NCBI RefSeq assembly: GCF_018350175.1
Contig: NC_058368.1
Span: 181,786,001 to 181,850,000, forward strand
Reading direction: 5' to 3'
From: Felis catus
Taxonomy: Eukaryota
DNA length: 64,000 bases
The position numbers and the translations under genes are program-made. Under the pieces are notes generated by a model. It was given only the letters and a program-made list of their open reading frames with translations. It searched no databases and was not told the origin of the DNA. Numbering within the stretch: position 1 is the stretch's first letter; each line of letters begins with the position of its first letter. Below are positions 13,811-27,031 of this stretch, piece after piece.

Positions 13811-14201
13811 ACTGTATGAGTTCTTAATATAATACATAGGTAATTACATGGGCAGCAAAATTCTCTCAGTCTGAGACTTCTCCTTTCATTATGTTCATGG
13901 CATATACTTTAATACTTAAGTTTTAAAATTTAATATAATTAAATTTATGACTATCATCTAAGTTTTGAGTGCTTTATGTTTTTTTCATAAAATTTAAGTT
14001 TTTATTATATTTATTCCTAAGTATCTCACTGGTTTAATTGGTATCTTCTCCAGAGTTATGTTCCTAATTGTTATGTTGTAGGTGCATAGGATATTATTAG
14101 ATTTTGTACATAGCTCTTTTAAGTTCTAATAATTTGCTTTAGATGTTTTTAGGAATAATGAGTGTATTTTTTTCTTTTCCGCTCCCTATACACAATTTTT
14201 T

Positions 14202-14354
14202 CTTTCTTTTTTAAAAAATATAATTTATTGTCAAGTTAGCTAATATACAGTGTATAGAGTGTGCTCTTGCCTTCAGGGGTAGATTCCTGTGATTCATCAC
14301 ATACATACAATACCCAGTGCTCATCCCAGCAAGCACCCTCCTCAATGCTCATCA
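14202..14354 (-). mobile_element. 5'-truncated carnivore L1 3' tail (about 150 bp)
   Basis: caatacccagtgctcatccc 3' UTR motif; tttatt signal; TSD ccctatacacaatttttt 14184-14201 / ccctatgcacatttttt 14355-14371. Confidence 0.9.
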
Positions 14355-14477
14355 CCCTATGCACATTTTTTAAAAATCTTTTTCCATTACTTAAGACCAT
14401 TATACAATGTAGAACAGAAAAGACAACAAAAGACATTGTTGACTTTTTTCTGACTTTGGAATGAATATTTTGGTTTC

Positions 14478-14590
14478 AGCTAATGCTATAGTGGTAATCA
14501 TATTGCAGTACATAAGTGTAGTAAATCATCACAGTGGGGACCTTAAGTTTACACAATATTGTATGTCAATTATATGCCGATTTAAGAAAA
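14478..14590 (+). mobile_element. L1MA-like extreme 3' end
   Basis: gtggtaatcatattgcagtacataagtgt...tacacaatattgtatgtcaattatat. Confidence 0.7.
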
Positions 14591-14701
14591 TCTAATGTAA
14601 AAAAATATTTCTACCTTTTAACATTAAGATGATGGCTTTAGGTTTTTGGTATATACTCTCATCATATTATGGATGTCTTCTTAGATTTCCCGAACCTAAC
14701 A

Positions 14702-14915
14702 TTTTTTTTTTTCAACGTTTATTTATTTTTGGGACAGAGAGAGACAGAGCATGAACGGGGGAGGGGCAGAGAGAGAGGGAGACACAGAATCGGAAACAGG
14801 CTCCAGGCTCTGAGCCATCAGCCCAGAGCCTGACGCGGGGCTCGAACTCACGGACCACGAGATCGTGACCTGGCTGAAGTCGGACGCTTAACCGACTGCG
14901 CCACCCAGGCGCCCC
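14702..14915 (-). mobile_element. Young felid SINEC_Fc
   Basis: CpG-rich near-consensus body; TSD ccgaacctaacattttt / ccgaacttaacattttt (1 mismatch). Confidence 0.98.
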
Positions 14916-15409
14916 CCGAACTTAACATTTTTAATGAGGAAAGGGTGTTTAATTTTGTCATATTATTTTTTTTGTATCCTTTATGATAACCATGTAATCC
15001 TTTCTCCTTTAATCTGTTGGAATATTTAATTACATTAGTAGTTTTTCTAATGCTAAACCACCCATGAATTCATGAAGGAAATCCTTTCTGGTCACAAAGT
15101 ATTTGTTATACTTTTCTTTATTGGGCATGCTAATAATAGTCTACCTAGTATTTTTGCATATAGAATTTTAATTGACATAGGCTATATATATGTATTACTT
15201 TCCTTGTTTTGCTTCGGTATCAAGGTTATACTACCTTTAAATTAAATTTGCAAACTATTCTCCTGTTTTATCTCTTGTTGAACAGTATGTAAAACCAAAG
15301 GTTTCATGCATGTGGAAGATTTGCTTAAAGTCACCTTTAAAACAATCAGGACCCATCAGGTCCATTCTATTCACATATATTTTATATTTTTACTGCATAC
15401 GTGCTGAAC

Positions 15410-16097
15410 ACCTATAGGAGCCTCTAATTGCTCTCTTAACATCCTACATTGCCAGGATGATCTTTGTAAACTTTAAATCAGATCAAGTCACTTTCTAATG
15501 GTTTCTTATGGCCCATAAGGCCCTGAGTGATCTGGCCTTGACTGCCTTTCTGACCTCATCCACTGCCATTCTCTCCCTAACCGGATATGTTTCAAGATTA
15601 GCAGCCCTCGTTCTGTTCTTCAAACTCACCAAGCTCATTCCCACTCCAGGGACCTTGCACTATGTTGTGGCCTCTGCTTGGAATGTTCTTTCCTTAGATC
15701 TAAGTTTGGCTGGATTAATTGCATCATTCATATCTCAGTTCAAAAGTACCTTTCACAAAGGCTTCACCTGGTTTCTCTATTTAAGACATTAATTCCTCCT
15801 CCAATCTCTCTCTACCCATTACCTTGTTTGGTTTTTGTTTGGTTGGTTGGTTTACTAACAGTTACCAATAACTGTAACTTATCTTTTTCTAACGCACACC
15901 AATATCTGAAGTTAATGTTTTTATTGTTTTTTGTTTGTTTTTATCCCTCCTAACATAATGTAAGCTCCTGCAACATAATGTAGGAATTATTTCTCTATTA
16001 TCCATTAAAATGTCTCCATGTCCTAGAACAGTGTGAAAACCTAGCAAACAGGTTCTCAAAAATATGTACTGAACACCTAAATTAGTGAATGAATAAA
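15410..16097 (+). mobile_element. L2 3' portion
   Basis: cataaggccctgagtgatctggcc; cctctgcttggaatgttcttt; ends gtgaatgaataaa. Confidence 0.85.
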
Positions 16098-16152
16098 AGG
16101 ATCAATCTCATTCTTCACAAATATTAAAGGCCATAAGTCCTAATCCTCACTA

Positions 16153-16910
16153 ATCATTCATTCAACATATATTTATGAATCATCTACTTTGTGTTGGATA
16201 CTACGAGACTCTTGATAGACAGTGGTGAACAAAACAAGCCCCCTGCTCTCACTGAACTTATACACTGGTAGTGGACAGCAGTAAAAATGAAAACAAGTAA
16301 AATGTATTTATTATACCTTATGGTATTCTAGTAAACCAACTCTCTAAAAAATAAAAGCTCTGATTCATAGAATTTTGCCAATTTCCATGGTGTAAATACT
16401 CCCATCAGAGTCAGTTGCAAGCATTCAATGTTTTAATGATTGTCAAAATACTTTCAGTGTTTTAACAATATTTTAACAAAAATTAACAAGACCTAACCAA
16501 ACTTTTGAAAACTTAATAATTGGCTCTCATGAACATGTATTGTTGACTATGTCAGACAGCATTAAGTGATATGGAGAAATATAAAACCTGGATGGATATG
16601 AGGGGATTTTGAGAAAAGCAATGTTAGTCTGTAGAGAATGGTGAAGTGACATTTGATCTGAGACCTGAAGGAACTGGGGGACCAATCTTTCAAGCATTTG
16701 AAGGAAAGGCATTTGAGACAGAAGAAACAGAAAATACAAAAAGGCCTGAGGGCAGGAGCATGCATGGAACAACAGGAAGTGTGGTATGGTTGTGGCAGAA
16801 TGAGCAAGTGGAGAGGAGGGGTGAGATCAGAGGGCCTTAGAGCCCACTTCAAGGACTTCCATTTTTATTGTGAATGAGATGGAGCAACACTTTTTGATTG
16901 TAGCAGAGGA
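16153..16910 (-). mobile_element. L2 3' portion interrupted by a MER63-like element
   Basis: cattcattcaacatatatttatg start; gtgacatttgatctgagacctgaagga. Confidence 0.8.
16318..16542. mobile_element. hAT-Blackjack MER63-like DNA transposon
   Basis: ttgccaatttccatggtgtaaatactccca matches recalled MER63 core. Confidence 0.75.
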
Positions 16911-17659
16911 ATAACAACATTAACAATACATAGTCACTTTTAAATTATTAAGAAATGTTGTCATATTCTGCCTCCAAATTAAATAAGAAACCCAACAATA
17001 TAGTATAGACATCCTACTTAAGTCATTATCAACTCAAGAGTGTATGTAGCAAAATCTTTTCATAAATCTGAAGAGGGATTTTACCCTTACAAATGTAGGT
17101 TACAGATATGTGAGCAGCAAATTTCTTGTGGATAACTTGAAACACTTGTTTATAGTTCTGTCAATAACATGTAAATCTAGCAAACACAAATTAATGTTTG
17201 GCAATTGTTGGCCTTACTTAGGGTAAACATTATTCCATTATGTCATACTACAAATTTCCTTGGGAGATTATTTTATGATAGTCATTTTGGTTTTTAAGGG
17301 GACATCCCTGCATTGGCTTAGTAACAGCATAAAGGATATTCACAGATTTTTATAAAACACTGATTTTTAATGCTAAGACTAGTTTTGATGTGAGTGACTT
17401 TTGTGCTAATAGCTTTTTAAAGTGGCACTTAACTGAATATTATAGCTAAAGAAGAATGTGAGTAACACTGCAAGAAATAATTTTGCATTTTGTATCCATA
17501 AAACTTTGGTCTTGGTTTGTGAATTGCACTAATGAGGTCTATATAGTTAATACCCACTCGGCCTTCTTACAAATGCATGCCCTGACAAGAAGAGGGCTGT
17601 GTTAGAGAGTGTGAATGGTTCTGCACAAACTCATAAGAAGCATCAGGGGAAAAAAATGA

Positions 17660-17870
17660 AATAGTTGCCTCTTATTGAGCACTTACTATTTGCCCGCATA
17701 ATGCTAAGCTCTTTGCTTATATTATTTTCATAATTTCTTTTGAGCTAAGTACTATTTATAGGTCAGGTTCAAAGAATTTAAGTGAGTCATATAAAGTCAT
17801 GTAAGTTGCTAAGTGTCAGGGTTAGGACTTGACCCAACCGCCTGTGTTCCCACCTGCCAGGATTTTTCAT
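17660..17870 (-). mobile_element. MIR relic
   Basis: ttattgagcacttactat...gctaagtgtcagggttaggacttgaccc. Confidence 0.7.
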
Positions 17871-18049
17871 GTACAGTTAAAGGGTCAGAAGTAACACCAC
17901 CACATATAAAAAGCCTATATTATGCCAAAGATGTTTCTCCTTTAAAAAATCTTATAAATTAAGTCACTAGAGGTTATAAAAGCTTTATCTACACATATGG
18001 ACTTTACTTTTCTACCTATCATGAACCACTTAAAGTTCTTTAGTTGACA

Positions 18050-18357
18050 TTCCCAAAAGATATTCCATAGACAAGTAATTCCATGGGCTTTTTATGGTGT
18101 CATAAGTTAAATTATTAAATTATGGTGGCCAAATTAGTTTGAAATATACTGGGTGAACAAAGCTATAGAGGTTATTGTTGTTGCTATTGTTTGTTTTTTA
18201 GGACTTCTTTGATTCTTTAATAATGGTCTTTGTGAATTTCTAAGAGATCAGAAAATTCACTTTATTTCCTAAATATATTTGATTAAGGAATATTTTCTTC
18301 TCACATGGTAATCCATGGATTAAGTGCTTTGCAAGAGCATTATTTTGGGCAGTCTCT
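18050..18357. mobile_element. Ancient hAT-Charlie relic (MER112/MER113-like)
   Basis: gccaaattagtttgaaatatactggg...tttcctaaatatatttgattaaggaa; weak recall match. Confidence 0.4.
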
Positions 18358-18720
18358 AACTTATCCTTAAGTTCAAGTTTATAATACAAATTGAAGCATC
18401 ATATGTTAGAAGAGCGGCTATCCAAGAGTTGAGTATTATGTCTGAAAAGAATCAGAGCCACACACTGTTTGTTTCTGTTTTAAAGACTCTGGCACTTGTT
18501 CAGCTTCTGACAGAGATGTGTAGATCTCGCTAAAATCAAAGAACAAAATTGTATTCCTTGAAGATAACTCTTATCACATTCTTAGACACCACAGGGGTAT
18601 TTTCTTTGTAACTGGTAAGATATTGAACATCACCCAAAAACAAGCTTGCTTGGTTATAGACACTGACTGGAGGCGAAGCCTAGATGCTTTTGTGTTTCAC
18701 ATGGCTATTTCCCATTTACA

Positions 18721-18773
18721 GTGTGTGTGTGTGTGTGTGTGCACATACGTGCATGCATGCACACATGTGTGTG
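18721..18773. repeat. (TG)n microsatellite extending into an alternating purine-pyrimidine tract
   Basis: Direct reading. Confidence 0.9.
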
Positions 18774-19122
18774 AGTGTCTGTTTCTGGGAAACACCTTCG
18801 GGCAGGTTTTCCTTTTATCAAAATAACATAATTATCAGACTTTAGTCATCTAATCAGCCTGATTTTGCCAGGAGATAAAGCAAATTGTTCCCCAGAACCA
18901 GAAAACAGAAGGGGAGGGAATCTTCTAACTAACTGAAAACTTTGCTTCACTGGGTGTGTTTCTTTTTTGCCTTTGAATAAACTTTCCTCTGAGCCTAGCT
19001 CAGAAAATCAAACCGCTTACATACTACATGAGGAAGGCATTGTTATATACAGAGTGGGTTTTGAAGTCTGTAAAGGCTGAATTCAGTTTGACCCACTATC
19101 TTCCAAGCCACGTGACCATTAT

Positions 19123-19188
19123 TATTTTATTTTATTATTTTATTTTATTTTATTTTATTTTATTTTATTTTATTTTATTTTATTTTTT
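19123..19188. repeat. (ATTTT)n microsatellite
   Basis: Direct reading. Confidence 0.95.
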
Positions 19189-19284
19189 GAATCAATCATG
19201 CATTTATCCAGAAAATAGTTATTGATTGTCTTTTATGTTTTTAGACCTGTTCTCATTTCTGGTCTACAAAATGGAACAAGGCAG

Positions 19285-19412
19285 GTAAGTCTGAGCTTTA
19301 CTTTCTTCATATATAAATTAGGAATGTATAGGATCATTAGTGAGAATTAAATGCAAATATGTATATAAAGTAGCTAATATAGTGCCTGGCACTCAAAAGG
19401 GGATTAATAAAT
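19285..19412 (+). mobile_element. MIR 3' half
   Basis: tctgagctttactttcttcat...gtgagaattaaatg...tagtgcctggcac. Confidence 0.7.
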
Positions 19413-19939
19413 CATAATGATCATAAAACCAAGTATGATAATAATAGTTAATGGTCTGAAGATTTCATATAATCAAGGATATTTCTTTGCATGGGGGAAA
19501 AAAGCAGCTGCTTAAATGTGGGTTTTTTTCTAGTAAATAGCTATCATTTCCAAAGTCTTTACTCCTTGAAGTCTAGATAATACAAGATGTTTTAAAGAAA
19601 AAAAATCTATCTTAGAGGAGCATCATTTTAAGCTGAAGTTACTACAAATGCTCTAATTCATACTGATTTATCAGATTAGTTTACAAATTACCTGGCATGA
19701 CCTGAAAGAGAAGGAAGCTGAAAGGTACATTTTATTAAAAGAAATATAAAAGATCCTAGGCAAGGGAGCTATCATGAGAGCTATAAATGTAAAAGATTCT
19801 AAAAACAAAAACAAAAACAAGGGAAAAGAATCAAAGAGAGAAGGAAGAGGACAGATAGCTACTAAAACTATGCAGTGGGTTCCCATCAGATTGAAAAGAG
19901 TTCCTATTAAGTTTCTAGAATCTGCATAAGCAGGAAACC

Positions 19940-20440
19940 CCTGTCTCACTCTCTTGCCTTATACTGTTCTCTCTTTGTTCATTATACTCAGTCATACAGA
20001 TCTTCTTCTTATCCATCAAAGTCCAAGTAAAACCCCTGTCTCACTTACATGGCCTTGAGGTTTTTGCATTTGCCAGAATTCTTCTGTTTATAATGGTGCA
20101 CCCCAACATTTTCCCATGGTTGGATCAAAGGCATCGGCTCATTAGAGAGGTCTTCCTTTACCACTTGACTTAAGACAGCCCTGGATACTCTCTAACATAC
20201 CACGCTATTTTATTATTTACATACAATATAATTGCCATTGTATTTACTATTATCCAAAATTTTCTTTTTTGTTAACTTATTTTTTAATTGTCTGAGTCCA
20301 TCTTAATTTCTATAATGTAATCTCTATATACACAGGGTGGTTGACTATCTTTTTCACTGCTCTACCTCTAGCACTGAGGATTGTGCCTGCCATCTAGTAG
20401 GCTCTCAATAAAAAATTATTGAATGAATAAATGATTGAGT
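19940..20440 (+). mobile_element. L2 3' portion
   Basis: gtgcctgccatctagtaggctctcaataaaaaattattgaatgaataaatga. Confidence 0.8.
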
Positions 20441-20958
20441 GCCAGCAAAGGAAAAAATCCTTCAAAGGGATGTTGAGAAATGGCAAAGAATAACTTTACC
20501 AAATTGACAATTTTGCCTAGGGCCAAAGCTGAACATAACATTAATAATGTTCATTGATATTTTCTGGACTAATTTTGACATCTCTAATGAAAGAACTGCT
20601 CTTTCATGCATGCAATTTTGGGAAATCGGTTATTATTCTAATCAATGTCTTACTAATTTGAGCAGTGGTTATTTTAAATCATCATAAAGGTGTTTTTGAC
20701 CATGTGTCACATACAGAATTTTTACATTTCTATTTATTATAAAGGAGCGGTGACTTTTTAATTTATGTAGGGAGGATTAGAATTATGTAGCTACTTGTTG
20801 CATGTTACATACTATCAGGAAGAACAACAGATTTTATTTAAGTGGATGTTTGGCAAAATATCATTACGTTTATTGTATCCCTCAAAAACATATAACCAAT
20901 TACTTACCTTGTTTCATTTTCTTAATGACAAACTTCATTAGTTTAAGACACTTACAAG

Positions 20959-20980
20959 TTTTTTAATGTTTATTTATTTT

Positions 20981-21023
<43 letters not shown>

Positions 21024-21191
21024 GTGCAAACAAAGGAGGGGTAGAGAGAGAGAGAGATACACAGAATCCGAAGCAGGCTCCAGTCTCTGAGCTGTCAGCG
21101 CAGAGCCCGACACAGGGCTTGAAACCACAAGCTGTGAGATCATGCCTGAGCCGCAGTCAGACCCTGAACCAACTGAGCCACCCAGGTGCCC
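20959..21191 (-). mobile_element. CanSINE
   Basis: Expanded (AG)n; TSD agtttaagaca 20940-20950 / 21192-21202. Confidence 0.96.
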
Positions 21192-22329
21192 AGTTTAAGA
21201 CATTTTTTTAAATCCCACAATTTCCCTCTTTGCTATCACAATACTTCTAAGAATGTCAAATTTCTGCTAACCCACAAATAAGATATTCAATGCCAGTATG
21301 TCAAACTCAAGTTCTTATCCAGAGCTCAAAACATCTTGTGCTACAAACAGAATGGCAATTACTGATGCAAAAAACGTATAGCTCCCTCAAGGCTTTTCAG
21401 AAATCTTGATTATTTAATCAGTGTTCTTGATTTGTAAGGCTAGGTAGTTGATGGCTCCCAAAATGTGTCACATTGGACATTATCCAGATGGAGTGCCAGT
21501 TTTCATTTAAGATTCAAGAGGTAAAACCCAACAAAAAAGGTTTTCCACCATCTCGGACTATAGCTCAACTTATATCAGATGACAAATAAAACCTGGCAGT
21601 CTGCTTTGCCCATGATTTTAAAACAGAAACTTCATTGAACTGTCAGTTACCAAATGAGGTGATTAACTCTGATGTTGATTAAAGTTTTATACCATGTTTT
21701 TATTACTGACAAGTTTCTTCTCTCTTTTTGGGGGTCTAGTTCTTTCAGTATAATTCTCACTTTATTCCTAAGATTTCATTATGTCATTTATGTTTTGATA
21801 TATATACTACTAGTGCTACTTTCAAGGACTTTCTATTGTATGCTTGCAAAATTAATGTATAATATGAATGCATAGGAGGAATCTAAGTCATGCATATTCC
21901 TTTCAAAATTATAAATAGGAGGACCATAGTGATGTTCAACTTAACTCTTCTCAGATATGCCTCTCTTTTGTAGTCCTTTCATTTGATGTGTACAAAGTTT
22001 CACTTTTTAAAAACTCTGCTCTTGATTTGCAACAATATCATCCCTTAGGTTGATAGCTCTCCTAAGAATAGGTGATAGCTACAAGGAAAGTCAGACAGGG
22101 ATTGGACAACAGCAAGAAGTCAGACAAGAAAATCAATAAATAATGTTCATTAGTAATGATACTAAGAAACTCACATGAGGTTAAAGGTCCAGGAGACTGA
22201 AGTCCAAGAGTTGTAGAAGCAATCACTTCAGATTTTCAGGATGGAGAGGAGTCAAGATCCCAGGCTGTGAGGTGCATTAAATGAAGGGCACCAATGGCCA
22301 GTCAGGTCAAGAAGCTAGCCTGATCAAAA

Positions 22330-22782
22330 TACAGGATTACATTTGTTGGATGCACCCTCTTATATGACATTTCCCCTTTCTTTAGCTTTAATCATATGAA
22401 AGTTCTTTCAATTTCCTTAATAGATCTTGCTCACTCTCATTGTGGGTCATTTATAATATTTTGTCTTTTTCCTAGAGCATTCTTCCCTCTTCTCTACCCT
22501 TTCCCCATTTTTCCCTGAAGTTGTCTCTCTCTCAGTTTTAATTTCCATATCAGTTCTAGCAGAAACATTTTACTGACTGTGCATGTGCATATTGTGTATC
22601 CTTAGGGCCCTGTATATTTTCCATCAGAACACTTGGGCTGTAATAGGACTGCTGGTTACCAGTCTGGGTCAGTTACCAGGTACTAAATACCTCGAAGGTA
22701 AGTGCCATATTGATTTTTATGCGTCCCTGTATCTCTAGGATCCAGCACAGCACCTTCCAACTGTTCGATAAAATATTTGTTA
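22330..22782 (+). mobile_element. L2 3' relic
   Basis: tgtatctctaggatccagcacagcacct...gataaaatatttgttaaa. Confidence 0.55.
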
Positions 22783-23246
22783 AAGCAACAAACATTGCTT
22801 ATGGGTGTGGGTGGCTGTGGACGCTTGGGTATAAACAAGAAATTGATTGTTCCTTGTTGAACAGTGAGCATTAATAGCAGTAGAAAAAACTGATATCTGC
22901 AGGGGCAGGGCTAAAGGAACTGAGATTCCTGACAATGATATAGGATGAGGGTATTACTCTGTGGTACTCCATTCAGCAGCCCCTGGCATGCTGGTTTAGA
23001 TATTAAGAAAGCAGCTAATAAGTAATAATGCTTTCCAATCTCACTGCACTTCTACCCAAAGGATTTATTGAGTTTTAAAAACACTGATCAATCATCCTTG
23101 CCCCAATGAGATGGGTAAGAGTTATTATGCTCATATTATGAAAAGGAAAACCAAGGCAGAGAGAGATTAAGTGGTTAACCCAAGGTCAGGCAGTGAGTCA
23201 TGGAGACCTGGCACTTGGACATGGAGTTTTAAACTTGTAGCTCTCT

Positions 23247-23417
23247 GGGGGCGCCTGAGTGGCTCAATTCGTTGAGCATCCGACTCTGTCTCAGGTCATG
23301 ATCTCACAGTTTGTGAGTTCGAGCCCTGTGTCAGGCTTTGTGGTGACAGTTCAGAACCTGAAGCCAGCTTCAGATCCTGTGTCTCCCTCTCTCTTTGCCC
23401 CTCCCCTGCTGACTCTT

Positions 23418-23456
<39 letters not shown>

Positions 23457-23482
23457 AATAAATAAACTTAAGAAAATAAAAT
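23247..23482 (+). mobile_element. CanSINE
   Basis: TSD aaacttgtagctctct 23231-23246 / aaacttgcagttctct 23483-23498. Confidence 0.97.
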
Positions 23483-24379
23483 AAACTTGCAGTTCTCTGC
23501 TTAGTCTATTTAGCACTGAACTAGAAGTTGGATGCCTTCCTGAACCCCCTAGGAAGGATGAGTAGCTCCTCTTTCCATGCTTTCCCATTGCCATTAGCAT
23601 CACCATTGCCACATCTTACTGTCTGTCAGGCATTATGCCTAGCACTTTCTATCTATTAAGTCACTGAATCCTGGAACAACAACAACAACAATGAAATAAC
23701 TTTTATTTTCACTACTTTAAAGATAAGAAAAATTGGGTGTCAGAAATATAATTAACTATTAACTCCAAGTAGGAGACTTGGAATCCAGACCCTTGATTGT
23801 CAGAATTGAAAGCCTATGCCATATTCCAACATCCTACAACGTAAATCCTTGTGTACATGTTAGTACAAGTTGGGATCAGATATATGGTATGAGCAAGTGA
23901 TATAATTCACAAAGGGTAGCACAGCACTGGAATATAATTAATTACCAATAGATGTTTGTAGAATAAATAACAGAAAGAAGCTGAAATTCCTCCCAAGATC
24001 ATAGGAAACTGGAGCTAGGGTCCAGCATTTGAATGGCTCACAGTCACAGAGGATGGGTTGATACCAAGTTCACTGCTTTCACTCATGGATACAGACACTA
24101 CTAGGCGTGTCTGTATGTCCTCTCATGAAAGGGAAGTTGAGACATAATCAAGAGCCATCTCAACTACACCTTCACATCTCCTCCATCCCAGCAAGACATA
24201 AGAATCTACCTTTATCTTTTCTCATTTAAGCATGTATAAAGAGAATAGGCAAAGGTTAACATATCAAGAAAGTCATTGCAATTCTGCTCAAATTAAGGAA
24301 AAATCTAGATACTACCAAAATATCCAACAAGTGAGTATTAATTCAATTTACCAATATCTTACAACTCCTTACAGGTTGT

Positions 24380-24675
24380 ACCATTAAAATGCTTAAAAGT
24401 GATTTTTAATATGTCATCAGTACTAGTACCTGGTTAAAAAAAAGGGCAGGTTGCATAATAATAAATAGGTATGGTCTTGTTTTGTGAAAGAAAATAAACA
24501 CATAAAACTCTGGCAGGATATACCCAGAGAGTTAATAGCTGTTATCTCTAGAAAGCAGGATTGTGTGCATCTTTCTTTGGTTTATCTATATTTTTTCAAT
24601 CTTCTGAAATGATTATGTATTGTTCTTGTAATGAGAACAACAGAAGTTATTTTTAATTTTGAAAAAATAAAATAA
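24380..24675 (+). mobile_element. L1ME-like 3' end
   Basis: ctggcaggatatacccagagagttaatagctgttatctct...atgtattgttcttgtaat. Confidence 0.65.
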
Positions 24676-25614
24676 AACAGATGCCTCAGGGAAGAATGGG
24701 TTTTGAACCACTGGAATCCTAAACCAGGCACCAGCTGCCACCTGAAAATCTAGGCTTTAAAATAAGCCACAGCCTCCTGAACATACCCAAGCATGTGATC
24801 TCCCTCCCATGCCACACATACTGTTCTCTGATATAAGAAATCAAATGATTCATTCTGTTCCCTTCCACCTTACCCTGACATAGCAAAGACGGAATGTGCA
24901 CTATTTCCAAATCAAAATAGGCACACTGCAGCAAGAGGCACTTCCAAATGATGGAATTAGATTAGAAGTTAAGACAAAATATGTTTAACTGGCTTTTAAA
25001 GAAATTTGGTGGAACACATTACTATAAACAGTACATGTGGGCAGCCAAACAAACTTTGCCTAGAGAAAATCAATTTTGCTCCCCAAACAATGAGAAAAAT
25101 TACTTTAGATTCGACATTAAACATTGTCGTAAGTATTTTTTAAGAAGCATTTCTATAACTCTGTGTAGAAATAGGAGTCAAAGGATGCCTTTGTTACTAT
25201 GGTAACAGTCTCCCCGGGAAGAGCCAAGGATGAAGTAGCATACATCCGCCCTGCATATATTTGGCCAATCAATAAACAAAAGACTTAATCTGCATGCATC
25301 ACATTAGGAAAGTGGTCAAGGTGTACATGATTAGTAAAAGGGTAGGGGGTATTCAGGTATTCTGGGTTCAATCAGCCAGCCTAATTTTCAGCTGAGCTTT
25401 GTTAACACTTTCTTCATTTAGAAACCCATTATGAAGATATATTATTGCTAAAATGCCTGTAGATACTTGAAAAATGGAAATCTTCATCACAGAATTTTAA
25501 CATAACAGTATAACATGCAAGGTGGTAAACTATGATTAGGAGTATAGAAAAAATGTATACTATAGTGAGAAACACACACACCCAGGAACCCAGGAGTAAT
25601 GATAACACTAATAA

Positions 25615-26120
25615 CAACTAATATTTCCTGAACATTTACTACGGGCCAAGCATGAGCAAAACGTTTTCCATGATTTTTCCTCTGACTCTTTTAAACAACC
25701 TAAACAGTTACTACTATGAGTTCTCATTACCATTTTTCAAATGATGTGAGAACTACTTTTTTTAAGTGCTTATTTATTTTTGAGAGAAAGGCAGAGACAG
25801 AGTATGATCCAGGGAGGGTCAGAGAGAGAGGGAGACCCAGAATCCCAAGCAGGCTCCAGGCTCTGAGCTGTCAGCACAAAGCCCGATGAGGGGCTCGAAC
25901 TCACAAACTATGAAATCATGACCTGAGCTGAAGTCGGACGCCCAACCAACTGAGCCACCCAGGCACCCCGATGTGAGAACTATTTTTAATCTTGTTTTAC
26001 TGATGAGGGAACTCACACTACAAGATTCAAGTTAGGAGCCCAAGGTTCCATCTTGGGAGTGTTGGAGGCTAGGGTTCAAACCAGAGCAGTAAACTATCGT
26101 GGTGTCCTCTATCCACTACA
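25615..26120 (-). mobile_element. MIR interrupted by a CanSINE
   Basis: ctgaacatttactacgggccaagc...ttttactgatgagggaact...agggttcaaaccag. Confidence 0.7.
25757..25969 (-). mobile_element. CanSINE
   Basis: TSD gatgtgagaacta 25743-25755 / 25970-25982. Confidence 0.97.
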
Positions 26121-26445
26121 CGCACTGAACTTCCAGCTTTGCCAGTGATCAACAGCATGGCTTTACGAAAGCGACTTGACTTTCTGAGTCTCAGACTCAG
26201 GCTTTTGTGAGGTTATAATTACATAATGTATTTTAAGAGAAAGCACGTAATAGGCCCTCAGTACATATTCCTTCCTTCCTCTTGAAACTCTTCAGTTCCT
26301 CAGAATCAATATAGGTTATTGTGAATGTTAACAGGTCTTGACTTAAGCAGCATAAAAGAGAGTTGAGAATTATTGGAATAGTAACATCTCATTTTACTTT
26401 CTGGGTATTACTTCCTCCTCCTTGAACACATGAACAGAATTTCCA

Positions 26446-26450
<5 letters not shown>

Positions 26451-26514
<64 letters not shown>
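26451..26514. repeat. Compound (TC)n(AC)n microsatellite
   Basis: Direct reading. Confidence 0.97.
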
Positions 26515-27031
26515 CATGGGTTTCATCTCATATTTTCTTACCCCTATCATATGATATGACCCCAACAAATATGGCAACAGAGGAAAATACAGTAAACAGT
26601 CATCAGAAAAGTAGATCTGTGACTTACAGATTCTGTAACATCACCTTTCTGGGCCTCAATGTCCTCTGTTATAGCAGAGAAGAGGTGAAGGTTATTTCTT
26701 CCAAAGAAATTCCAGGAGTAACTATCTATGACATGATTGTTGCTGTGAACTGAGTAGCCCTTGCTCATTTGAACTCTCCCTACTTCTTTTATACCTTTTG
26801 TTTGGAATTTTGTACCTGGCTACAAGAATGAGTCATCTGTAGTCCTCATGCAGATTGCCCCGCTGACAGGTAATTCTTTGGCCCTATGTTGAAAACTGGA
26901 TGCTCTTTGTTTTCATTGAAATATTTATCCTCAATTCTGTCATTATACAAATTATTACTCTGAGATAAAGACCCTAAAAAATTGGGAATGAGACAGCAAA
27001 TATTTAAGTGATCCAAATGTCCCTCAATATT

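Larger units (their letters stand above)
13815..15350 (-). mobile_element. Old L1 (L1M-type) ORF2 region hosting three younger insertions
   Basis: T-rich antisense ORF2-like text (tttattcctaagtatctcac; cttcggtatcaaggttatactacc). Confidence 0.7.

Noticed and set aside
19692..19701. 10-nt minus-strand micro-exon (ctttcag|GTCATGCCAG|gtaatt)
   Set aside because: Frame-shifting, unsupported, expected by chance
20896..20915. Consensus minus-strand donor AAG|GTAAGT, and similar isolated plus-strand donors near 19285, 22698 and 34092
   Set aside because: No convincing paired acceptor; such motifs occur on both strands at chance frequency
26829..26835. AP-1 site TGAGTCA and others scattered through the window
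   Set aside because: The number seen is about what a 7-mer gives by chance in 64 kb
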